Shown: positions 24,329 through 35,430 of the stretch, piece by piece | Layout: the number at the start of each line of letters is the position of its first letter | Position numbering within the stretch: position 1 is the stretch's first letter | Source of the DNA: Felis catus | Lineage: Eukaryota | Direction: 5' to 3' | Assembly: GCF_018350175.1 (NCBI RefSeq) | Contig: NC_058369.1 | Span: 62,001 to 124,000 of the forward strand | DNA: 62,000 nt | Made by a program: the position numbers and the translations under genes | Notes under the pieces: model-generated | What the model saw: only the letters and a program-made list of their open reading frames with translations | Databases searched by the model: none | What the model was told of the DNA's origin: nothing

Positions 24329-24599
24329 GGGGGCAGGCAGAGGGGAGGCCAGGAAGAGCTCTGCAGAGTCTGAGAGGACAAGCGGGGTCAGGAGCTGCAT
24401 CCCAGGCCCTGGGAGAAGGGAACAGGGGCTCCCGACGCCTGTGTAGGGGAGCCACAGGGGCAGGTCCCGGCCAAGGGGGGTTGCGCAGGATCACTCAGAG
24501 CGCATCACCTCTCCCCCGTCCTCCCTCCCCAGGGAGATCGAGCTTAACTTCCCAGAACCAAGGCGAAGCGAGGGAGGTGGGGGCGACGTTGGACTCTTG

Positions 24600-25450
24600 G
24601 GAAGCTCCCAGGGGACAGCGACCCTTCTCCCGCCCCCACCCCGTCTTGAGGATCTCAAAGCGCGGATCCCCAGGATGTCCCCGCTCCGCCCCCCCCCGCC
24701 CCCCTCCCACCCCCCGCCAAGCTCCCACCCACCTGTGGCTTTGCCCAGGACTGAGGGTCCAGGCACCAGGGTCTGGGCAGGGAGAGGAGGTCAGTCGGAG
24801 GACTGAAGGCGCAGCGAGCTGACCCCTCCCGCGTGTCTCCCCCCCCCCCCCCGCCAGACTCAGCTTGGGGTGGGGGCGGGGGTCCTAGCAGACCCCCGCG
24901 GACCGTGGCGGGGTCCCCACACTCACCTGCCCCGGGGTGGTGACCCGAGGCTGGAGGCTGTCCCCGCGGGCACGCCGGAGTCGCAGCGCGAAGGGGTCGG
25001 GGCCCGCGGGGGGACGCGGTCGCAGCTCCAGCTCGGGCGGCGGCGGCAGCGCAGCAGGGACTCATTCACCGGCGGCGGCGGCGGGAAACCGCCCAGCCCG
25101 GCCGCCGCGCCGCCGTATTCCTCCTAGTACAGCCGCACGCGCAGCCCCCGCCCCGCCCCCAGGCCCTAGGGGCCCCCGCCCCGCCCCGCCCCGCCCCGCC
25201 CCCAGGCCCAGGCCCCAGGGGCCTGGTGGGGGTCGATGGGAGGCAAGCAGGTGGTTGCGCCTCATCGAAGGCCAGTCGTAGCTCTTGTGCCTGCGGATGG
25301 GTGCCTTGTGCCTGCGCTGTAGGGCCCCCGGAGGCCCCAACCCCCTGCCTCAGCTCACCTGGGCGGGACACAGACCCGCACCTGCCGTGGTCCGGGGCTC
25401 CAGAGACAGGCCCTTCCCGTCTCACGCGATGAGTACAGTAATGGCAACAA
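24600..25450 (-). promoter_or_regulatory. C2CD4C CpG-island promoter with tandem GC boxes (CCCCGCCC x6 at ~25145-25203)
   Basis: Very high CpG density and repeated Sp/KLF motifs immediately upstream of exon 1. Confidence 0.8.
24927..25130 (-). other. C2CD4C: C2CD4C upstream exon 1 (5' end approximate)
   Basis: Strong donor GCAG|GTGAGT after 24927 inside a CpG island, just downstream of a GC-box cluster. Confidence 0.7.
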
Positions 25451-25453
25451 CTC

Positions 25454-25682
25454 GGGCGCCTGGGGGGGCGCAGTCGGTTGAGTCTCCGACTTCCGCTCGG
25501 GTCATGATCTCACGGTTGGTGGGTTCGAGCCCCGCGTCGGGCTCTGGGCTGACCGCTCGGAACCTGGAGCCTGCTTCGGATTCTGTGTCTCCCTCTCGCT
25601 CTCTGCCCCTCCCCCACTCGTGCTCGCGCGCTCTCTCTCTCTCTCTCTCTCTCTCAAAAATGAATAAACATTAAAAAAAAAA
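25454..25682 (+). mobile_element. CpG-rich CAN-SINE next to the C2CD4C promoter
   Basis: Full SINEC_Fc structure with (CT)n and A tail. Confidence 0.92.
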
Positions 25683-28600
25683 GTGCGGCTGAAGGTGTCC
25701 CCGCCGGCCCCCAAGGATTCACCAGAACCGGGTGGGTCTGTGCAGGGGAAGTGAGGGTTTCCTTCTGGAAATAAGGACATGGCCACTGAGACGCGCTCCT
25801 CCCCAGTAAACGGGCAGGCGTCCGCACCCTGCAGCCGTGCAAGAAGCGGCCTTCATTTCGAGAACAAATGTTTATTGAGCAGCTGGTGGACGCCGGGCGG
25901 GCAGCAGTCTGGGTGCTGAGGACGCGACCGTGATGCATGGACACAATGTCCAGCTTTCCGATGCGTCCCAGTGCGAGGGATGCCAGAAGACAGACACCGA
26001 TGAAGTGTTACGGGTTCGGTGGTTCCTGTGACACACGCATAACAGGAAACCGTGACCCAGGGGAAGAGGGGACAGCACCGACATGCTGTTCACAGACGGA
26101 GAGACAGAGGAGGGGTGAGACCAGGACAGGGCCCCAGGCCTGGCAGCTCCTGAGCACATGAGGTCTGCTGGATCCCAGCCCCTCCCGACTTGTGATCTGC
26201 TCCCTTCAACCTCTGCTTCCTCATTCCTGGCCCTCCCTCCCAGCCTCGATGCCCCCTTCTGAAACCTAAGGCCTACCCGTCTTGGGTGAGGAGACAGCAC
26301 GATAATGTATGGCCAGCACTGATCCAAAGCCTGGGCTTTATTAAATTACGATTGTCCCAGAGCCTCCTGTGTTCCAAGAGTGTCCCCAAGCCCCACCGTG
26401 GCCCCAGCTTCGGCTGGGGCTGGTCTGGAGTGACCACTGGTTCAACAGCAGAAGGGGGTGCAGGGGGGCAGGTGGGAGCCGGACAGAACTCCTGCCCCTC
26501 CAATGCCTCTACCTGACCTTGGAGTGAGGTGGGCTTTGGAGTTCCATTGTCCAGATAAGAAAAGCAAGGCTCAGCAGGGCCCATGACTCCCCCCCAAAGG
26601 TCTGTCTCAGCTTTGCTCTCTCTCAGCAAATATTAAGGCCCCTCTTTGTGCTGTGGGCAACACTGGCACGACCACAGAGTCTGACAGGGGAGGCAGATAC
26701 CAATGAATGCATCATTTCACCACTGCCTCCAGGAAGCCTGCCCTGCCTGCCCGCCTGGGCTGGGCCAGCATCACGGCCCGGCAGAGCCCGCTGAACCGCA
26801 GCTTGAGCTACCATGAAGAATGCCCTGGAGCGCATACTTGTTTGACATCCGTTGCCCCTGCCAGCCTGGAACTGCAGGGAGGAAGGGGTGTGGCAGCCTT
26901 GTCCCCGCCTTGTCCCCAAGACACTGGGGTCTTTAATAACTACCTGGCAGACAGATGGATGAACTAGCACCACAGTAAGAGGGATGACTCCTGGAAGTGC
27001 ACTCCTTCTGGAAGCAGGCAGGAGGGAGGACCTCAGAGGCCATGGGCCGCCTTTCTCCATTGCACAGACAGGGACAGTGGTGCCCACTAAGGTGGAGTGA
27101 CCATCTCAGGTCTTCTGACGACAAGCCACGCTGCGTGCTGGGGGCTTCACTCCGCCCTCACCCCTACCCAGCTGGGGCAGGTCTACTCCCAGTTGGGTTG
27201 AGGGAGGAGGCAATGAGTTTATTCTGTGCCGGTTCCTGTGCTAACCAACTGGGGATGCTCATCTGGGGTTCGAATCCTGAGGCCAACACTTCCTGAAGTG
27301 TCCAGACCTCTCTGCCTCTATCTCCTCGGCTGTCCACCAGCATAACAGCTGTCCCTGCACCACAGCCACAGAGCAAGGACAGACAGGTGCTGACAGGCAA
27401 AGTGCTCACAACAGGGCCTAGAGCACTGATGTGAGCGCCAGCCTTCACTTCTTGGACGTTGCTCCTGGTGAGAAAAGGGGCTCAGCTGTGGGAGGCCTGG
27501 CCGGGCCTCGAAGGGAACCCCAGAACCTGAACCCCACCACTGCTAGCTCAGCCGAAGCCACACCCCTGTGCCTCCACCCCATCACCTTTGGGGGCTGGGG
27601 AAACTGAGCCCCAGACAGAAAAGGTACCTGGGGACAGGTCCCAAACACCTGCCTTGGGAGGGGCGGGGGCCAGGAGGCTGGCCCTTCCTGCTGGTTAGTG
27701 AGGCTTGCGGTCCGTACAGAAGAACCTCTCCCAGCCGACAAAACCTACCTCCTCTGCAGAGCCCTGTGGCTGACCGGCGTGGCAGACCCCCCGGGACTCC
27801 CCCACACCCCAAGTTGCAGCCTTCCTGGGATCAGAATTGGGGAGGTGCAGGCTTCCAGTCCAAGCTGGGGAGGGGGACCAGGCGATATTGGCCAGCACCC
27901 CCACCCCTGACCTGAGTCATGCCACTGCATGACGGATGGCCTTGGTCTTCCACTCCCACCCCCCAGGGAGCTAGCCTCATGGGAAGGAGGAGGGACAGGG
28001 TGCTTCCCAGGAGCTAGCCTGAGTCATAGGCCGCCCCCCACAGCCACCGCAGACAGGTCTTGGGGGAAGCACAGGGAGGGGCCTCAAAGAAGGAAGCTCC
28101 AGTCCAGAGGGCCACCTTGTACCCACACAGCTGTGGCAACAGCTGCTCCTCTGAGCTCTGTCTCCTCCCCTGGAAAAGGAAGGCCCGTCTGCAAGCTCCC
28201 AGGGGAGACCCCGACCCAACAAGGCAGAGGTTAACTCTCTGTGGGGGAGGGCCACCACGCCCAGTTTCCAGGTAAGGAAACTGAGGCACACGGGGCAGCC
28301 CAGTTCCACAGGGTACGCAGTTCCAGGAAGGGAAGCAACCAGTCTGAGTTGACACGGTGGCTGCCTCCCACCCCAAGACTCCCTGAGGGTGAGGCTGGCG
28401 CAAGGAGCATCAGTTGAACAATTGAAGGTAGAATGGCGCAAGAGACGTGTGGGGGACCCGCTGAAGCTAGGCTCACAGCTCCCGTCACTGTGTGTGCACC
28501 CCAGACCTGGCTTTTCCAGCGCAGAGAGCAGGACGAGGAGGTGATGGCGTGCGAACCCCAGCTCTGCTACCCCCCGGCGGTGAGGCCTCGAACAAGCTGT

Positions 28601-29559
28601 GTCCTCCGCTCCACCTGTAGTCACACACAGGTCATCCTTCTGGCCCCTAAATGTGCTGGGAGCCACACACACCACAGGGCCTTTGCACATGCCATTCCTT
28701 CTGCCTAGAGCTCTGTCCTCGTCATCTGGGGCTCTCATCCTCCAGATCGCAGCCCCTGTGTCATTCCCACAGATCACTAAGTTCAGGACTCTTTCCTTTT
28801 CACTGTTGTCATTACACGCTTAGCAGTGATTTGCTGATTAACGTCACTTGGCTGTTCACTCCACAAGGACAGACCACAAGGACCAGTCTCGGTCCTGCTT
28901 CATCCTTGTTACTCCACCAGAGGTCCAGGCAGGTAAGAGGAGAATGCAGGCTTACTAAAGGGTGTCAGGATGGGGGGAGGGGTGGATGGACCAGTGAATG
29001 GAATGCCCAATAGATGGCTGGATCGATGGGTGGACGTGGGTTGGGTGCACACACCGGTGGCTCTCTGCCTCCGTGTCTCTAAAGTAAGAGGCACGGCGTC
29101 TGTCTCCTCGGGCTCTGTTTTTTGACGGCTTTCCCCCCTGGTTACAGACAGAGCGGGGTGTGGGCTGCTCCCCTCACCCTCACCAGGCTCCCCCAGGGCA
29201 GGGGGTGTGGCCTGCTGACCGCAGAGAAATCTCATCGAATCTCTCAGTCTCCCCAGAGATCCAGACCCTGGGCAGGGGTGTGGCCCTGGCAGGGCGGCCT
29301 CTCCAGGAGGGCCAGAGGAGGGGTTCCGGGAGAGATGGCGGTCTCTGGGAAGGAGAGCCCAGAAATCATGTGAGGCAAGGTCTGCAGAGCAACAGCTGTG
29401 TGCAGGGGCTCTGTCGGTGACAGGGGTGGTCTGAGAGAAGTCAGGCCACATTCGGGGGGAAGTCAGGAGCAGTTTGGAGGGAAAAGAACTTTTTGCCAGA
29501 CATGCAGGGGCATCTTGAAAGAGGTTTGCAGCATTCAGGAAATACAGATGTTTCCAAGG

Positions 29560-30478
29560 GGAAGACGGGGGTGTTGGGGAAGCTTTATCTCGGGGTAAAA
29601 ACAGGTGTGAGGGAGATGCCGGGGGTTCTCGGACAGCAGACCACTGCCCCACAGGCCCAGCGCCCTCTTCCCCATCCCCCCCTCCAGTCCCCACATCCTC
29701 CAGCCCCGAAAGGCCACACCGTGGGCCTTGGCTCTGCCCCTGGGACACTGGCCTCAGCCTTCCAGCCAGAGGGCCTCTCAATGTGCAGGTGGGTTCGTTT
29801 CCTCACGGTCGTGTTACCAGCAGATCCCAAATGTCCATGCAGGTTGGCAGCCGGGAGGGCAGAGTCCCACAGCCACCCACCGCCCCCCACCCCCGAGCCG
29901 GTTGTGCTGGCCTTGCCTGGATGCCCCCCATCCCAGCTGGGCCCCAAGGCTACCCGCCCCTTCAACATCAGCAGGTGCCCCGGCCTGAGGACCCAAAGCA
30001 TCTCAATTCTTCCCCATAAAAGACAACTGTGCACTGATTTTTCAGGTGGAAAAACTGAACCAGTCAAGGACAGGAATCCCTCTTTCCAGGGAGAGAAGCT
30101 GAAGTCCATCTGGGAAAAGAGGTGGGCCTCCTTAACCCATCGGGGGCCCTGGCCAGGGCTTGGAGATGGAGGACTGCTTGTCTTTAATGTATTTTCTTTA
30201 GAGGTGAGAAAAGTTTCTGTCTTTGGTATGGACACCCTCACTCCAGGCAGAGGGTGGAGGCAGGCAGGGCGTCAGCAGGATAAAGGGGTCGTGGGCCCCC
30301 ATTTCTTGGCCTTGTTGACCCCGCCCAGGGACGGCTGGAGAGAGGCCTATGCGGGGGAAGGAGAGACAGTGGCGGTTCCAGCCTGACCAGGGTCCGGAGG
30401 GAGAGGCTGAGGAGCCCGTAAGGCCACAACAGGGGCATCTGCGGAGCAGGACAGGAGCTGGGAGCTGAGAACCATCAC
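29560..30478 (-). other. SHC2: SHC2 non-coding terminal exon (3' UTR); 3' end uncertain
   Basis: Strong acceptor cttgacctctccttctcttccttccccag|G at 30479/30478. Candidate poly(A) signals are ATTAAA 30183-30188 and GATAAA 29584-29589. Confidence 0.6.
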
Positions 30479-31404
30479 CTGGGGAAGGAAGAGAAGGAGA
30501 GGTCAAGGGTCAGCTGAGACGGCAACCAGAGACCCAGGTTCCGGCGTCCGGGACCCTGAACCTCAGTGACAGGGCCCAGTGAGGGCCTCCAGGCTGAGGG
30601 ACCGGGGTGAAGCTCCCCACGTTCTTACAGTGTGACCTAGGGTAGTGCTCTAACCTCCCTGTGCTATTTCTTCTGCAAAACGACAATGCTAACGACAGTG
30701 GTGCCAGTTCAGAACCACGGGGGAAGCCTGTGGAGTTTCGGGAGGTGGGAGCATAGCTATTATTACTGCCATCAGCATTGTTTCTCTGGTCACAAACACC
30801 TTGGGGAAGGGAAGCAAACGTGCAAACACACAGCCCCCGACCTGCTGATCCTTTCAGGTGTCCCATGGGCCCACCCCCAGCCCCAGAAGCCCTTCCCTAC
30901 ACTGGAAACCCCTTCTGTGCCTGCAGCCTGAGGCCTGGGTGGGGGAGGAGGCGGGAAGGGGACCGTTGTCTTGGGGACAGGAGAGCAGCCCAACCTGGCC
31001 AGAAGCTCCTCTCTGCTGAGCCCTTGGGGAAATTCCACAACCCTCTTCCTTTGCAGCCCCTCCCTCCCCAGCTGAGCCCCCAGCTCCTGGCTTCCAAATC
31101 CCAGGTCCTGCCTCTCCCTCCTCCCCAAGACAGTTCAGGCCACCACCACCCCCCCCCCCCCCCCCCGCACCCGCAGCTCCCGCGCATGTCCTGCCTAAAC
31201 CACCCCCCACCTCCCCCAGAGGCCCCAGTCTTTCACCAAAAGGTCCTGGAACCACCCAGACCCAGACCTGCCTGTCCCTCCCCAACACCAAAAGCAAAAG
31301 CCCAAGGGTGCACCTTTTCATCTCGCGCACCTCTCCTGAAACACCCATCGGACCCAGGCTACGCTAGCCCCTCCTCCAGAATAGTGCCCCCCCCCCCCCG
31401 CCTC

Positions 31405-31985
31405 CCCGTTAAACACGGAGTTACCATAGCAACTCAGCAATGCCACTCCTGGGTATATGTCCAAGAGCCATGAACATAGTCCACGCAAAAACCTGGACGT
31501 ATGTGTTCTGAGTGGTCTTCCTCGTGATAGCCAAAAAGTGGAAACACCCAAATGTCCACTGACAGTGAGTGGATAAACACGTGCCCACCGCGCACGCGCA
31601 CGTCCACAGATGACCGCATCCCCCGCGCATGCGCATGTCCCTCGGCTGCAAGCCGAAGCGAGACATCCACACCTGCTGCCCGTGGGCGCACCCCGAACAC
31701 ACGACGCTCAGGGAGGGAACCAGACACGAGAGGCCACACGGAGTGTGAGTCCACGTGTGTGAAACGTCCAGAACAGGCTCATCCACGGATGGGAAGGGAG
31801 CTTGTGGGGGCCGGGGACTGGGGGAGGGGTGATGGTGACAGGGTACCTTTTGGGGTGGTAGAATGTTCTGGAATTAGGTAGAGGATGGTTGCACATCTCT
31901 AAACATGCTAAAAAACAAAACAAAACAAAACACTGAGTGGCACACTTTAAATGGGTGAACTGTGTGCTTTGTGAATTTTCTTAGT
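31405..31985 (+). mobile_element. Ancient L1 (L1MB-like) 3' end, GC-shifted
   Basis: gagttaccat...cagcaatgccactcctgggtatat...gccaaaaagtggaaacacccaaatgtcca...cactttaaatgggtgaa. Confidence 0.75.
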
Positions 31986-32053
31986 TTCTAAAATGAGAGA
32001 AAAGCCAGCGAACGGGAGAAGCTGGGATCCGTGGGGCCCACTGCGCACCTGGC

Positions 32054-32182
32054 TCAGGGCTCGCGTTTGACCACGCCGCGCAGATGCAGCTCGCTTTCGG
32101 CCGCCACGATGGGTTGCCCATTCTGCAGGTGGTAGTCGATCAGATGGCTGATGCTCTCAAAGAGCACATCCTTCGTCCGCAC
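32054..32182 (-). CDS. SHC2: SHC2 exon 12 coding part ([42 protein letters not shown])
   Basis: cccacag| acceptor; TGA at 32056-32054; donor CAG|GTGCGC 5 nt after the stop (exon ends 32049). Confidence 0.95.
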   Translation of the reverse strand: MRTKDVLFESISHLIDYHLQNGQPIVAAESELHLRGVVKREP

Positions 32183-32569
32183 CTGTGGGGCCAGAGGCGA
32201 CAGCGTCAGCAGCACCGGGAGCTGGAGAGGCCTGCTGACTGGGAATCTGCAACCTCAGGAGCCCGCCCCATGGGTCTGATGCACGCTCCAGTCTGAGAGC
32301 TGCTGCGTCAGAAGCTTCCAGGGCTTCAACCACAGAATCAGACTCAAGATTCCAGAGTAAGGTATGCACACGGGCCCCAAAACCACCAGGGTTCTGTGGT
32401 CCCCAACAGACCCCTTTTTGGTGGTCCCCAAAAAGTCATGTCCGTGTCCCAAACCCTGGAAGCCGTGGACAGGAACTTGTTTGGAGAAAGTGTCTTTGCA
32501 GATGTGTCTTTGATGCAGTTCAAAGACACAGCTGATGGTTAAAAACCACGCAGGCTTCAAAGACGTCAA

Positions 32570-32850
32570 AACAGATGAACGTAGGGAAAGGGGGTGGGGG
32601 GGGAGGGAAGCAAACCACAAGAGACTCAATGATAGAGAACAAACGGAGGGCTGAGAGAGGGAGGTGGGTGGGGGTGGGCTAGACGGGTGATGGGCACTAA
32701 GGAGGGCATTTATTGTGATGAGCACTGGATGTTGTGTGTGTTATGAATCACTGAATTACACTCCTGAAGCCAATTTTACTATACATGTGAACTAACTAGA
32801 ATTTCAGTAAATACTTGATGTCAAAAAATAAAACTTGAATTTGAAAAAGG
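32570..32850 (+). mobile_element. Carnivore L1 3' UTR fragment
   Basis: gagaacaaac...gggtgatgggcactaaggagggc...gatgagcactgg...gaatcactgaat. Confidence 0.8.
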
Positions 32851-32883
32851 AACTAAGCTTAGTCTCTTCAAAAAAAATGGAGA

Positions 32884-33300
32884 GGGGTGGCTGGGGGCTC
32901 AGTCGGTTAAGCATCTGACTTTGGCTCAGGTCATGTTCTCGTGGTCCATGGGTTCGAGCCCCACATTGGAGTCTACGCTGACAGTTTGGAGCCTGGAACC
33001 TGCTTGGGATTCTCTGTCTCCCTCTCTCTGTGCTCCCCCCCTCAATTGTTCTCTCTCCCCTGCTTCTCAAAAATAAATAAACTTTGGGGCGCCTGGGTGA
33101 CTCAGTCGGTTAAGCGACCGTCTTCGGCTCAGCTCATGATCTCGCAGTTTGTGAGTTTGAGCCCCGGGTCGGGCTCTGTGCTGACAGCTCAGAGCCTGGA
33201 GCCTGCTTCAGATTCTGTGTCTCCCTCTCTCACTGCCCCTCCCTGGTTTGCAGTCTGTTTCTCTCTCAAAAATAAATAAACATTAAGAAATTTTTAATAA
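32884..33300 (+). mobile_element. Two tandem CAN-SINEs (32884-33080 and 33086-33300)
   Basis: The second head ggggcgcctgggtg follows the A-rich tail of the first. Confidence 0.9.
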
Positions 33301-33452
33301 ATAGATGAAAGGAAAGTGTGCATCATGAAGAAATTTACTAACTTGTAGACCCTAGAACTCCTTGCAAATTGACATATTTATGAGGCTTGAAATACATTAT
33401 TTAAAAAAAACACTCAAAGACATCATTCTTTGTAAGACACACAGTGATGACA

Positions 33453-33675
33453 TGAGACAAAGATAATGTAAAAACGGGGTGGGGGGACAAAACAAGAGAC
33501 CCATAAATATGGAGAACAAACTGAGAGTTACAGGAGGGGGGGATGGGAGGGGGGATGAGCTAAATGGGTAAGGGGCACCAAGGAATCTACTCCTGAAATC
33601 ATTGTCATACTAAATGCTAACTAACTTGGATGTAAATTTTAAAAAATAAAAAATAAAAATAAATATAAAAAAAAA
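33453..33675 (+). mobile_element. 5'-truncated felid L1 3' end with poly(A) and ~19-bp TSD
   Basis: gagaacaaactgag...aaggaatctactcctgaaatcattg...ctaacttggatgtaaattt plus A tail. TSD aagacacacagtgatgaca (33434-33452) vs aagacgcatagcgatgaca (33676-33694). Confidence 0.88.
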
Positions 33676-33740
33676 AAGACGCATAGCGATGACAGACTGT
33701 AGGGGCAAAAGCGCATCTTATAATTGATTAAATACAGCAC

Positions 33741-33935
33741 TTTTTGTAACCCCTGAAAGGCCTCGAGGCTAGAAAAGGTTTTGTTAACCCCCTAAAACGC
33801 CGTATAGACTGGGAACTCCCTTGTAAACCCTAAAATTCTTCTTAAACAGGAAAATACTTTGTAATTCTAAGTTACCTGGTAAACGGAAACAGAATCTGCT
33901 TTGTAACCCTCAAACTACTTTGTTAAACCTAAAGG
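33741..33935 (+). repeat. Degenerate ~39-bp-period array, core TTGT(T)AACCC(C)TAAA
   Basis: Core starts at 33744, 33781, 33821, 33859, 33901 and 33920. Confidence 0.7.
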
Positions 33936-34078
33936 TGCTAAGGCCGTCCATCGGGCCATGCTCCCTGCCCAAGCCCCGGCCCCGGCCCCGCCCCCTGCGG
34001 CCCCGGCCCCGCCCCCGCCTCTGCGGCCCCGCCCCTCCGCTCTCAGGCCCCGCCTCCGCCCCCCGCGCGCCACCTTAC

Positions 34079-34389
34079 CACGCCCTCAGGGTCCACAAGT
34101 AGCAGGTGCTTGGGCTGCCCCGCGTGCATGCCTGTGAGGACGTACTGCCCGGGATTGGTGACGCTGTCGCGCACCAGGAAGTCCCCGTCGGCTCGAAGCA
34201 GCTTCTCTGCGGCCCTTCGGCTCATCTGGCCATGGTACCAGGGCTCCTGCCGCAGCTGCTCCTCCGTGGGGGCGATGGGGGCCCGGCGGGTGGGGGGGCT
34301 GGGCCACTGGTCCTCCAAGGGAAGGGGCGCTACCGCCGCCCCCGCCCCCGCAGAGCACTCGTGCAGCTTCAGAGCGTCCTCGAAGGGTC
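34079..34389 (-). CDS. SHC2: SHC2 exon 11 (PFEDALKL...WYHGQMSRR...GDFLVRDS...LLLVDPEGV), SH2 domain
   Basis: ctccag| acceptor, GTG|GTAAGG donor, 311 nt. Confidence 0.95.
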
Positions 34390-35346
34390 CTGGAGGCGAA
34401 GATGAAGTGCAGGAGGCGGGGTTGGCAGCTGCCTCCTGCTGGAAAGCGGAGGGGGGTGGCCTGGGCTGGGAGGAAAAAGCTCCAGGTGGTTACCCCCCAC
34501 CCAGGACCTGAGCAACATTGAGCACCTAGGGTGCCTCAGACCGTACCCTAAGGCCACAGTACGTCACTGGCCGTGCGCTGAGTGGGTGTGTGTGTGCTCT
34601 GTGTGGTGCCAACCTGGTCACCAGTCACCTTCCTGCCCCTCTAATGGGTTCTATTAGTTATGCAGTATATTTTCACGGATTTGGTTAAATCTATGCAAAT
34701 GAGGTCAGCGTTTCTTCCTCTCCAATGTTTATGCCTGTTTCACTAATTGCCTGGTGACATCGCCAGCCCCTCTAATACGACACTGCATCTCGGTGGCAGG
34801 CGGCAGGCATCCTTTTCTCTTACAGACGTTCACAGAAAAGCTTCCTATGATCTGCAGGGGTTTTCTGAGGCTTCCAGCAAGCACCAGTGTGACACTGGAC
34901 AAGCCACTCGCCCTCTCTGAGCCTGTCTCCTCACTGTAAAGTTGGATGTGGAGCTGTGGAGCAGTATAGATCAGACACCCTGGAAGGCAGAATCCCAGCG
35001 CTGACCCCCGCACTCCCACATGCCTTCCACTTTCTCGCCCTTGGGAATCCCTCCTCCCTGACTCCTTCCATGGTCTGGGCGCAGCCAACCCAGCCTCCAG
35101 CCACCAGGACGTGTGACCGCACGAATCAGAGACAGACCCAGAATTTTCAGTGGAAGCCTGGCCAGAGTTGCTGGGCCGCCTGATCACCCCGGGGGACCAC
35201 CGGCCTCAGAAGCCCCCACACTGGAGCAGCTCCTTTCCCAGGTGAGGGCTGCTGTGGGGAGGCAGCGGGGGCCACGCCTTTAGTCTGGCAACTGCTGCAC
35301 AGTGGGCACTATCAGCCCATGTCCTATTGCGATAAGAAGTCCAGTT

Positions 35347-35430
35347 GGGGGGCCTGGGTGACGGCACGGAACCTGCTTAGGATTCTCTGCCTCCCTCTCT
35401 CTCTGCCCCCCCACTCACATGCACACTCTC
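35347..35430 (+). mobile_element. Internally deleted CAN-SINE remnant
   Basis: Head ggggcctgggtg joined directly to gaacctgcttaggattctctg and a CT-rich part. Confidence 0.65.

Noticed and set aside
24329..24400. ORF-track start of C2CD4C at 24400 (MQLLTP...)
   Set aside because: That ATG lies upstream of the exon-2 acceptor (24361), so it is intronic.
33741..33935. CRISPR array interpretation of the periodic repeat
   Set aside because: It lies in a mammalian intron, the repeats are short and degenerate, the spacers are weakly related to each other, and there are no cas genes.
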